A DNA stretch of 64,000 nucleotides from Conexibacter sp. (GTDB taxonomy: Bacteria; Actinomycetota; Thermoleophilia; Solirubrobacterales; 70-9): positions 3,151 through 67,150 of the forward strand of contig JADFCZ010000013.1 of assembly GCA_018263295.1 (NCBI GenBank). Reading direction: 5' to 3'. Numbering within the stretch: position 1 is the stretch's first letter; each line of letters opens with the position of its first letter. Made by a program: the position numbers and the translations under genes. Below the pieces are notes generated by a model that searched no databases, was not told the DNA's origin, and saw nothing but the letters and a program-made list of their open reading frames with translations. This document shows positions 32,301 through 40,609 of the stretch, piece by piece.

Positions 32301-32384
32301 TCCGATCCTGACGTACAGGGTTCCCGTCCAGTAACACCCAACGGTCCGAGGGAAGCGGACGCGAAGCGGAGCATTCCCTCGGGG
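32301..32384 (-). repeat. Copy B (diverged) of the stem-loop repeat, filling the whole spacer between two convergent stop codons
   Basis: Core hairpin TCCGAGGGAA-n19-TTCCCTCGG has the same loop as copy A. Two stem positions carry compensatory changes relative to copy A. Confidence 0.6.
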
Positions 32385-33674
32385 TTATCCCGGGTGGATG
32401 CGCAAGGCGACGATCCGGTTCTCGCGCACCGACTCGACCCGGATCGTGTAGCCGCCTGCCTTGATCGAGTCGCCGCGCTTCGGCAGCCGGCCGAGCTCGT
32501 TGAAGACGTAGCCGCCGATCGAGTTGTAGGCGTCCGTGTCGACGGGGAGCTCGATCTCGGCGTCCTCGAGGTCGCCGAGGGAGACGTGTCCGCGGACGTA
32601 CCAGTCGCCGTCGGCGAGCTTGCGGACCTCCTCCCCGCGCGGGTCGGTCTCGTCCTCGATCTCGCCGACCACCTCCTCGAGGATGTCCTCAACGGTCGCG
32701 ATCCCGACCGTGCGGCCGTACTCGTCGACGACGATCGCGATCGAGCTGCGCTGGCGCTGGAGCTCGGCGAGGAGGTCGTCGAGCGGCTTCGTCTCGGGAA
32801 TGATCGGCGCGTCGCGGACGGCGGGCTCGATCGAGGCGTCGGAGCCGGCGCTCATCATCAGCCGGACCAGGGAGTTGTTGTGGACGATCCCGCGGACGCG
32901 GTCGGGGTTGTCGTCCTCGATCACCACGAGCCGCGTGTGGCCGCTGGCGACGCAGCGACGCAGGGCGTCCTCGACGGTGTCGGAGGAGTCGACGGTGATC
33001 ACCGCCGGGATCGGCGTCATCACCTCGCGGGCCTCCTGCTCGTGGAGGTGGAAGACGCCGCCGAGCATCCCCGCTTCGCTCTCCTCGAGGCCGCCCTTCT
33101 CGCGACCGCGGCTGATCAGCACTCGCAGCTCCTCGGGCGAGGTCTCGTCGTCCTCGTCCAGCTCGATCCGCATCACCCGCTCGACGAGGAAGCGGGCCGG
33201 CGGGTTGGTGATCGCGATCAGCGGCGAGAACATCTTCCGGAAGAAGGTCATCGGCCGCGAGAACCGCAGCATCAGCGACTCCGCCCTCGCGATGCCGAGC
33301 ATCTTCGGCGCCTGCTCGCCGAGGATCACGTGCAGGAGGGTGACGACGGAGAAGGCGAGCGCGACCGAGATGATCACCGACGCGGCATGGCCGACCCAGC
33401 CGTCGATCAGCGGCTCGATCAGCGTCGCGATCGCGGGTTCGCCGAGGAAGCCGATGGCCAACGAGGCGAGCGTGATCCCGACCTGTGACGTGGCGACGTA
33501 CTCGTCGACGTGGTCGAGCTGCGCGAGCGCGACCTTGGCGCGGCGATCGCCCTCCTCCGCCAGGTGCTGCATCCGCGAGGCGCGGGTCCGGACGACGGCG
33601 AACTCGGCCGCGACGAAGTACCCGTTGATCAGCACGAACAGGAGGACGAGCAGGAGGAGGATCACCGAGGTCAT
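32385..33674 (-). CDS. Hemolysin-family / CNNM-type transporter (DUF21, CBS pair and CorC_HlyC domains)
   Basis: 429 aa with an N-terminal 4-TM DUF21 domain, two CBS motifs and a C-terminal CorC_HlyC block (GGYVFNELGRLPKRGD...G....V). Confidence 0.85.
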   Translation of the reverse strand: MTSVILLLLVLLFVLINGYFVAAEFAVVRTRASRMQHLAEEGDRRAKVALAQLDHVDEYVATSQVGITLASLAIGFLGEPAIATLIEPLIDGWVGHAASVIISVALAFSVVTLLHVILGEQAPKMLGIARAESLMLRFSRPMTFFRKMFSPLIAITNPPARFLVERVMRIELDEDDETSPEELRVLISRGREKGGLEESEAGMLGGVFHLHEQEAREVMTPIPAVITVDSSDTVEDALRRCVASGHTRLVVIEDDNPDRVRGIVHNNSLVRLMMSAGSDASIEPAVRDAPIIPETKPLDDLLAELQRQRSSIAIVVDEYGRTVGIATVEDILEEVVGEIEDETDPRGEEVRKLADGDWYVRGHVSLGDLEDAEIELPVDTDAYNSIGGYVFNELGRLPKRGDSIKAGGYTIRVESVRENRIVALRIHPG

Positions 33675-33865
33675 CGGCGATCACCGCCCGCGCACGGCCC
33701 AGCCGTCCGCCCGCGGCGGCTCGGCCTCAACGGCCCCCGGACGGGAGCGCGGAGCCTGGTACTTCGAGGTAGGTCGTCGTCAATCACTGGGCGACGACGC
33801 GAGGTTAGCAGCGCCCCCGGGGACCGCATGGCCGATTCGGCGGCCGGGCATTACGGTGGACGGCG

Positions 33866-35350
33866 ATGGACCAGAACAGCACCCCATACCTCGACGCTCT
33901 CGTCGCCCTCGCGAAGACCAACCCGGGCAGATTCCACATCCCCGGCCACAAGGGCGGCGCCGGTGCGGATCCCGGCCTCCGCGAAGCGGTCGGCGACGCC
34001 GCGCTGCGCCTCGACTTCCCCTCCGGCGTCGAGGGGATCGACGTCGGCCCCGACCCGCTCGACCTTCCGTTCCAGCAGTCGCAGGAGCTCGCGGCTGAGG
34101 CCTGGGGCGCGCGCCGCAGCTGGTTCCTGGTCAATGGGGCATCCGGCGGCAACCACGCGATCTGCATGGCGCTCGCCCACCTCGGCGACCGCGCCATCGT
34201 CCAGCGCAACGTCCACTCCTCGGTCATCGACGGGCTCGTCCTCAGCGGCCTGCGCCCGACCTTCCTCGCGCCCGAGATCGACGACGAGCTCGGGGTCGCC
34301 CACTGCCTGACCGTCGACGCGCTCGAGGCGGCCCTCCGGGAGCAGCCCGACGTCGTCGCCGTGTTCGCGGTTTCGCCGACCTACTTCGGGGCCGTCGCCA
34401 ACATCGGCGGCCTCGCTTCGGTCGCCCACGCCCATGACGTCCCGCTCGTCGTCGACGAGTCGTGGGGGGCGCACCTCGCATTCTCCGACCGGCTTCCCGC
34501 CAACGCCCTCGCCTGCGGCGCCGACGTCGTGCTCAACTCGGTCCACAAGCTCGGCGGCAGCATGACCCAGTCGGCGATCCTCCACCTCGGCGCCGACGAG
34601 GAGCATCCGGACGGGCGGATCGATGGGCGGATCGTCGACCGCTCGGTGACGCTGGTCGAGTCGACCAGCCCGAGCGCGATCCTCTCGGTCTCGCTCGACG
34701 CCGCCCGGCGCCAGAACGCGATCTCGGGCCCGGCGCTGCTCAGCGAGACGATCGACTCGCTGACCGAGCTGCGGCAGGAGATCCGCGAGATCCCCGGGCT
34801 CGACGTGCTCGGCAAGGAGATCACCGCGGCCGCCAGCGTCTTCGCCTGGGATCCGCTGCGGGTCTCGATCGACGTCCGCGGCACCGGGACCACCGGCAAC
34901 CGGATCGCCAAGTACATGCGCGAGGAACACGACATCTGGTTCGAGCTCTACGCCGAGAACGTCGTGGTCGCCGTCTTCGGGATCGGCGAGAAGGTCGCCG
35001 AGACCGGGGCGCGGCTGATCGCCGGCCTTCGCGACGCCGTCGCCGAGCTCCAGACCGAGCCCGACGACCCGAAGGCGCCCTTCGCCCCGCCGCCGCCATG
35101 GGGGCCGACCGTGATGACCCCGCGGGCCGCCTTCCTCGGCCCGCAGGAGACCGTTCCCTTCGACGACGCCGAGGGCCGGATCGCCGCCGAGTCGCTGGCC
35201 GCCTACCCGCCCGGCGTCCCCAACGTCCTCCCCGGCGAGCGCCTCAGCCGCGCGACGCTCGACTTCATCGCCGACTCCCTCGCCCACGGCGGCCAGGTGC
35301 GCGGCGCCAGCGACCGGACCCTCTCGACGATCAGGGTGGTGATCGAATGA
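33866..35350 (+). CDS. PLP-dependent Orn/Lys/Arg decarboxylase family protein (Bacillus SpeA-like fold type I)
   Basis: Block HIPGHKGG near the N-terminus and the PLP-lysine motif NSVHKLGGSMTQSA. 494 aa. Confidence 0.8.
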   Translation: MDQNSTPYLDALVALAKTNPGRFHIPGHKGGAGADPGLREAVGDAALRLDFPSGVEGIDVGPDPLDLPFQQSQELAAEAWGARRSWFLVNGASGGNHAICMALAHLGDRAIVQRNVHSSVIDGLVLSGLRPTFLAPEIDDELGVAHCLTVDALEAALREQPDVVAVFAVSPTYFGAVANIGGLASVAHAHDVPLVVDESWGAHLAFSDRLPANALACGADVVLNSVHKLGGSMTQSAILHLGADEEHPDGRIDGRIVDRSVTLVESTSPSAILSVSLDAARRQNAISGPALLSETIDSLTELRQEIREIPGLDVLGKEITAAASVFAWDPLRVSIDVRGTGTTGNRIAKYMREEHDIWFELYAENVVVAVFGIGEKVAETGARLIAGLRDAVAELQTEPDDPKAPFAPPPPWGPTVMTPRAAFLGPQETVPFDDAEGRIAAESLAAYPPGVPNVLPGERLSRATLDFIADSLAHGGQVRGASDRTLSTIRVVIE

Positions 35351-36231
35351 CCGAAGTGGACACGAACGAGATGCCCTGGGGGGCGGACTCCGAGTACGGG
35401 CGGCTGCACGACGTTCTGCTCTGCCCTCCCGACAACTACCGCTGGCTGCCGACCAGCGCGATCTCCAAGGCGACCCTCGAGAGCGATCGGAGCTTCGACA
35501 AGCGGGCGGCCGTCGCCCAGCACGCGGAGATGGTCTCGGCCTACGAGAGCGCCGGGGTTCGCGTCCACTTCCTCGAGCCCGACCCGGCTCTCCCCTACCA
35601 GGTGTTCGCGCGCGACTCGAGCGTAGCCACCCCCGAGGGAGCCGTCGTCACCCAGATGCACCAGCAGTGGCGGCGCGGCGAGTACGCCCCGGTCATCCGC
35701 TTCTACCAGGAGGCCGGGATCCGGATCCACCGGATGATCACCGCGGCCGCCATCGAGGGCGGCGACGTCGTCATCGTCGAGCCCGGGAAGATGGTGATCG
35801 GCAACGGCGAGGAGCGGACGCAGGTCCAGGCCGCGCGCCAACTCGCCGGTTGGATGGAGGAGCTCGGCTGGGAGGTCCGGATCGAGATGATCCCGAGCCA
35901 GTTCATCCACATCGACGTCCTGCTCGCGATCCTCGCGCCGAAGCTCGCCGCCGTCTGCGTCGAGGTCGCCGGCCAGGGCCTGCTCCGCTGGCTCACCGAC
36001 GCCGGCTTCGAGATCCTCGAGGTACCGATGTCGGAGGCGTTCGCGCTCGGCGTCAATGCGATCTCTCTCGGCGACGACCGGGCGCTCTCGGCCGAGTACT
36101 CGAAGAGCCTCAACGAGCAGCTCCGGGCCCGCGGGATCGAGGTCTACGACCCCGACCTGAGCATGTTCACGCTCGGCGGCGGCGGCGCCCACTGCCTCGC
36201 TCAGGCGCTCCGGCGGGAGCGCGTGGCTTGA
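35347..36231 (+). CDS. Guanidino-group modifying enzyme superfamily protein (amidinotransferase / DDAH / arginine deiminase-like)
   Basis: 294 aa. Blocks FARDS, IEGGDV and HID, with the C-terminal catalytic Cys in GGGGAHC. ATG overlaps the upstream stop (ATGA). Confidence 0.75.
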   Translation: MTEVDTNEMPWGADSEYGRLHDVLLCPPDNYRWLPTSAISKATLESDRSFDKRAAVAQHAEMVSAYESAGVRVHFLEPDPALPYQVFARDSSVATPEGAVVTQMHQQWRRGEYAPVIRFYQEAGIRIHRMITAAAIEGGDVVIVEPGKMVIGNGEERTQVQAARQLAGWMEELGWEVRIEMIPSQFIHIDVLLAILAPKLAAVCVEVAGQGLLRWLTDAGFEILEVPMSEAFALGVNAISLGDDRALSAEYSKSLNEQLRARGIEVYDPDLSMFTLGGGGAHCLAQALRRERVA

Positions 36232-37502
36232 CCGCAGACGGGTCCGCGGCGCCGACGATCGACGCCGATGGCGTCCTCGCGGACCTCGACGCCCTCGCCG
36301 CCGCGACCAGCGGCCCCGACGGAGCCCGCCGCGTCTGCTGGACACCGGTGTGGGCGGCCGCCCGCGACCTGCTCCGCGAACGCCTCGCTGCGATCGGCAT
36401 CAACGAGGTCGAGACCGACGAGGCGGGGAACCTCTGGGCGCGTCTCCCCGGGGCCGACCGCTCCGCCCCGGCGCTGGCGCTCGGCTCCCACCTCGATTCG
36501 GTCCCGGCCGGGGGTCCGCTCGACGGCGCCCTCGGCGTGATGGCGGCGCTCGGCGTCCTCCGCGCCTGGGCCGCGGACCCGGAGGGGCGGGTGCCGCCGC
36601 GCGACCTCGTCCTGATCGACTTCGCCGACGAGGAGGGCTCGCGCTTCGGCCGCAGCCTGTTCGGCAGCTCCGCGCTCGCCGGCACCCTCGATCCGGCGGC
36701 GCTCGCCGACCTCACCGACGCCGAGGGCGAGCCGATCGGCCCGGTGCTCGCGGCCGCCGGAGTCGAGCTCGAAGGCGCGCCGCGGGCGAACGCCCGGCTC
36801 GGCTCGATCGGCTCCTACATCGAGCTCCACATCGAGCAGGGCCCGGTGCTGGAAGCGGAGGGCGAGAGCTGCTCGGCGGTCTCCGGGTGCGCCGGCGTCG
36901 AGCGCTTCCGCCTCGACCTCACCGGCCAGGCTTCGCATGCCGGGACGACGCCGATGATCCAGCGGCGGGACGCCGGGCTCGCGGCGGCCGAGATCGGCCT
37001 CGCGGTCGAGCGGATCGCCCGGGAGAACGGCGGCGTCGGCACCACCGGCAGCCTCGAGCTCGAACCCGGCGTGATCACCGCCGTCGCCGGCCGGGCTGCG
37101 CTCGGCGTCGACCTCCGGCACCCCCGCGAGCCCGAGCTCGCCGCGATGCTGGCGGCGGTGCGGGAGGCGGCGGGGACCATCGCCGCGGGGCGCGGCTGCG
37201 AGATCGCCGAACACCCGATCTGGCGGATCGAGCCGATCCCCTTCGACCCGGAGCTGGTCCGCGCGGCCGAGGCCGCGGCGGCGGCGGCGGGCGGGCGGGC
37301 GGCGGCGATCGCGAGCGGCGCGCTCCACGATGCGGCCGAAATGGCACGTGTCGTCCCGACGGCGATGGTTTTCGCCGCCTCGGTTCGGGGAATCAGTCAT
37401 GCCAAGGAGGAACGAAGCGAGGAGCGGGACCTGCGAGCGGCGATCGCCGCATTCGGGGACCTGGCGGGGGCGGCCCTGTTCGGACCGCCCGGAATGAGCT
37501 GA
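36228..37502 (+). CDS. M20 family amidase of the allantoate amidohydrolase / N-carbamoyl-L-amino-acid hydrolase type
   Basis: Blocks DEAGNLWAR, GSHLDSVP.GG..DG, EEGSRFG, ELHIEQGP and G.ASHAGTTPM. The TTG at 36228 overlaps the upstream stop and is uncertain as the start. Confidence 0.8.
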   Translation: MTADGSAAPTIDADGVLADLDALAAATSGPDGARRVCWTPVWAAARDLLRERLAAIGINEVETDEAGNLWARLPGADRSAPALALGSHLDSVPAGGPLDGALGVMAALGVLRAWAADPEGRVPPRDLVLIDFADEEGSRFGRSLFGSSALAGTLDPAALADLTDAEGEPIGPVLAAAGVELEGAPRANARLGSIGSYIELHIEQGPVLEAEGESCSAVSGCAGVERFRLDLTGQASHAGTTPMIQRRDAGLAAAEIGLAVERIARENGGVGTTGSLELEPGVITAVAGRAALGVDLRHPREPELAAMLAAVREAAGTIAAGRGCEIAEHPIWRIEPIPFDPELVRAAEAAAAAAGGRAAAIASGALHDAAEMARVVPTAMVFAASVRGISHAKEERSEERDLRAAIAAFGDLAGAALFGPPGMS

Positions 37503-37521
37503 CAGGGAGGCAGGGAGACAG

Positions 37522-38904
37522 TTGGCGGGAGCTGCGACGACGAGCGCCGGAGCCGACGAGCCGGCACCGGGTGCCGGAGGGACGAAGCCGGGACTGGCGC
37601 GCCGCGTCGGCCCGATCATGCTGCTGCTGTTCATCGTCGGCGACATGCTCGGCGGCGGCATCTACACGCTCGTCGGCGAGGTCGGGGGCGAGGTCGGCGG
37701 TGCGATCTGGGCCGCCTTCGCGGCGGCGTTCATCCTCGCCGCGCTGACCGCGTGCGCCTACGCCGAGCTCGTCTCTAAGTACCCGAAGGCGGCGGGCGCG
37801 GCGCTCTACACGAACAAGGCGTTCCACCGGCCGTTCTTCACGTTCATGGTCGCGTTCGCGGTGATGGCGTCGGGCATCACCTCGGCGAGCACCCTGGCCC
37901 GCGGGTTCGCCGGCGACGCGCTCGGCGAGTTCGTCGACGTCCGGGTGATCCCGGTCGCGATCGCCTTCCTGATCGTCGTCGCCCTGATCAACGCCCGCGG
38001 GATCGCCGAGTCGGTCCGCGTCAACGCGCTGTTGACGTTGATCGAGGTCGGCGGGCTGATCCTGATCATCGTGATCGGGTTCGCCGCGCTCGGCGACGCC
38101 GACGCCGACTTCAGCCGCAACCTCGAGTTCAAGGAGGGCGTGACGCCGTTCTTCGCGATCCTCTCGGGCGCCGGCCTCGCCTTCTACGCGCTGATCGGCT
38201 TCGAGGACTCGGTCAACATCGCCGAGGAGGTCCACGAACCGTCGCGCAACTACCCGCGGATCCTGTTCGGCGGCCTCGCGATCGCCGGGACGCTCTATCT
38301 GCTGGTGACGCTCGTCGCCTCCGGCGTCGTCCCGACCGCGGAGCTCGCCGGCTCCTCCGCACCGCTCGTCCTCGTCGGCGAGCAGGGCCCGCTCGGACTC
38401 GACCCGAAGGTCTTCGCCGCGATCACCCTGTTCGCGCTCGCCAACGGGGCTCTGATCAACATGATCATGGCCTCGCGGCTCGTCTACGGGATGGCGGAGG
38501 AGGGAATCGTTCCCGGGTTCTTCGGTCGCGTCCTCTCGGGCCGGCGGACGCCGATCACCGCGATCGTCTTCACCACCGTCATCGGGCTGATCCTCGTCTC
38601 GACCGGCGACCTTGGAACGCTGGCGGACACGACCGTGCTGCTGCTGCTCTGCGCGTTCACGATCGTCAACATCGCGGTCCTCGTCCTGCGGCGGGACGAG
38701 GTCGAGCACGACCACTTCCGGGCGCCGACGATCGCCCCCATCCTCGGGGCCATAGTCTGCGTGGTGCTGATCGTGGACAACGAGGGCGAGATCTTCCTCC
38801 GAGCCGGGCTTCTGCTCCTGCTCGGAGCGGTCCTCTGGGTCCTCGCCTACGCCGGCGGCCACCGGTCCTCCGGCGACGGCGAGCCGACCGCCCTCACCGA
38901 ATAG
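37522..38904 (+). CDS. APC superfamily amino acid / polyamine permease
   Basis: 460 aa with about 12 TM helices and the N-terminal signature VGDMLGGGIYTLVGEV. The start codon is uncertain (TTG at 37522 or the downstream ATG). Confidence 0.85.
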   Translation: MAGAATTSAGADEPAPGAGGTKPGLARRVGPIMLLLFIVGDMLGGGIYTLVGEVGGEVGGAIWAAFAAAFILAALTACAYAELVSKYPKAAGAALYTNKAFHRPFFTFMVAFAVMASGITSASTLARGFAGDALGEFVDVRVIPVAIAFLIVVALINARGIAESVRVNALLTLIEVGGLILIIVIGFAALGDADADFSRNLEFKEGVTPFFAILSGAGLAFYALIGFEDSVNIAEEVHEPSRNYPRILFGGLAIAGTLYLLVTLVASGVVPTAELAGSSAPLVLVGEQGPLGLDPKVFAAITLFALANGALINMIMASRLVYGMAEEGIVPGFFGRVLSGRRTPITAIVFTTVIGLILVSTGDLGTLADTTVLLLLCAFTIVNIAVLVLRRDEVEHDHFRAPTIAPILGAIVCVVLIVDNEGEIFLRAGLLLLLGAVLWVLAYAGGHRSSGDGEPTALTE

Positions 38905-38915
38905 AAGGAGTGCGG

Positions 38916-39983
38916 ATGAGCGAGTTGTGGGAGCGGATCGAGTCGATTCCGTTGCGGGTCGAGTCCTACGAGTTGACGGGTCACGATCGCGAATACGGGA
39001 GCTTCACGCGCCCCTCGACCCTGATCCACCTGCGCGGGCTCGGTGAGGAGGGCATCGGCGAGGACGTGGTCTACGACGTCCTCGACCACATCGCGCACCG
39101 CGACGGCGGCGCCGTCCACGACTTCACCGGGGTCGCGACCCTCGGCCAGTTCTCCGATCTCGTCGGCGAGCTCGACCTGTTCCCGGTCGCCGCCCCCGGC
39201 ATGGAGGCCTCCCGCCACTACCGGCGGTGGGCGTTCGAGAGCGCCGCACTCGATCTCGCGCTGCGGCAGGCCGGCACCTCGTTCCACGCGGCGATCGGCC
39301 GCGACCCGGAGCCGCTGCAGTTCGTCTGCTCGACCCGGCTGACGACCTTCGACGGCGAGGCCGGCTCGACGACCGGGCCGATCCGCAAGCGCCTCGACAA
39401 GTACCCGGGGCTCGCTTTCAAGCTCGACCCCGAGAACGACTGGACCCCGGAGCTGATCGCCGAGATCGCAGGGCTCGCGCCGGTCCGCGTCCTCGACCTC
39501 AAGGGCCACTACCGCGGGACCCCGGTCGACGTCGAGACCGACCCCGGGCTCTACCGGCAGGTCGCCGAGGCCTTCCCGGACGCCTACCTCGAGGACCCCG
39601 ACGTCAACGACGAGACCCGCGCCCTGCTCGAGCCCCTGGCCGACCGTCTCACCTGGGACGCGCCGCTGCACTCGCTCGCCGACATCACCGCGCTCGAGTG
39701 GACGCCGAAGGCGATCAACTCGAAGCCGTCGCGGTTCGGGTCGCTGCGGGAGCTGTTCTCCGTCTACGAGCACTGCGCCGCCAACGGCATCGCCATCTAC
39801 GGCGGCGGCCAGGGCGAGGTCGAGGTCGGGCGCGGCCAGATCCAGTACCTGGCGTCGCTCTTCCACGCGGGAACGCCCAACGACACGGCGCCGTCCGGTT
39901 ACAACGACCCCACCGTCCCATCGGGGCTGCCGACGGCCCCGATGGACCCGGTCCCCTCCGCGACCGGCTTCCGCTGGGGGTAG
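38916..39983 (+). CDS. Enolase-superfamily-like (MR/MLE-like) protein of unknown function
   Basis: Block pattern resembles MR/MLE barrels: WAFESAALDLALRQAG, FKLDP, LDLKG, YLEDP, INSKPSRFGSL, GGGQGEVEVGRGQIQYLASL. ATG at 38916 is preceded by GAAGGAG. The assignment is tentative. Confidence 0.5.
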   Translation: MSELWERIESIPLRVESYELTGHDREYGSFTRPSTLIHLRGLGEEGIGEDVVYDVLDHIAHRDGGAVHDFTGVATLGQFSDLVGELDLFPVAAPGMEASRHYRRWAFESAALDLALRQAGTSFHAAIGRDPEPLQFVCSTRLTTFDGEAGSTTGPIRKRLDKYPGLAFKLDPENDWTPELIAEIAGLAPVRVLDLKGHYRGTPVDVETDPGLYRQVAEAFPDAYLEDPDVNDETRALLEPLADRLTWDAPLHSLADITALEWTPKAINSKPSRFGSLRELFSVYEHCAANGIAIYGGGQGEVEVGRGQIQYLASLFHAGTPNDTAPSGYNDPTVPSGLPTAPMDPVPSATGFRWG

Positions 39984-40055
39984 GAGTTCGGGTAGCCGAA
40001 CGACCGGTTCGGCAGACCGAACTCCGGGTTTGGGCTACCGTCGAACGCCCGAACC
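39983..40055 (+). promoter_or_regulatory. Cluster of six GTTCGG/CCGAAC hexamers that can form alternative hairpins, upstream of the ferritin gene
   Basis: GTTCGG at 39987 and 40007. CCGAAC at 39996, 40017 and 40049. TCGAAC at 40041. Outer 9-bp inverted repeat GGAGTTCGG/CCGAACTCC at 39983-91 and 40017-25. Confidence 0.3.
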
Positions 40056-40075
40056 TGAAACCCGACGGAGGGAAG

Positions 40076-40609
40076 ATGAGCCAATCGAGCTTCGGTGACG
40101 CGCTGAACGAGCAGGTGGCGAACGAGTTCGCCGCCCACCAGCAGTACGTCGCGATCGCGGTCCACTACGACGCGGAGACGCTGCCGCGCCTGGCCGCGTT
40201 CTTCTACCGCCAGGCGGTCGAGGAGCGCAACCACGCGATGATGATCACCCAGTACCTGCTCGACGCCGACCTCGACGTGAGGACGCCGGGCGTCGAGGCT
40301 CCCGAGGTCGGCTTCGACGACATCGTCGCGCCCGTCCAGCTCGCGCTCGCGCAGGAGAAGCGCGTCACCGACCAGATCAGCGCGCTCGCCGCGAAGGCCC
40401 GCGACGAGGGCGACTACCAGGGCGAGCAGTTCATGCAGTGGTTCATCAAGGAGCAGGTCGAGGAAGTCTCGACGATGTCGGATCTGCTCAAGATCGTCGA
40501 GCGCTCGCGCGACAACCCGCTGCTGGCCGAGGAGTACCTGGCCCGCGAGTCGATCGGCGAGGAGGGCAATGACCCGACCGCTCCCGCCGCGGCCGGCGGC
40601 GCCCTCTAG
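40076..40609 (+). CDS. Ferritin (non-heme, BfrB-like)
   Basis: 177 aa with ferroxidase-centre residues in LNEQV.NEF.A...Y, EERNHA and QE..V. ATG is preceded by GGAGGGAAG. Confidence 0.85.
   Translation: MSQSSFGDALNEQVANEFAAHQQYVAIAVHYDAETLPRLAAFFYRQAVEERNHAMMITQYLLDADLDVRTPGVEAPEVGFDDIVAPVQLALAQEKRVTDQISALAAKARDEGDYQGEQFMQWFIKEQVEEVSTMSDLLKIVERSRDNPLLAEEYLARESIGEEGNDPTAPAAAGGAL

Noticed and set aside
33755-33810. Second Mn2+-riboswitch-like element (GGTCGTCGTCAATCACTGGG resembles GGTCGTCGTCAACACGGGG at 47701)
   Set aside because: Only this one block is shared. Here it is just the 5' arm of a simple GTCGTCG/CGACGAC hairpin. It lacks the GGGGAGUAG-like 5' block and the P1 partner, and the flanking genes (decarboxylase, CNNM) are read from other positions.
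40026-40045. IdeR iron box (TTAGGTTAGGCTAACCTAA) upstream of ferritin
   Set aside because: GGTTTGGGCTACCGTCGAA shares only the GGTT..GGCTA..CC skeleton and needs an indel to align. This is too weak to call.
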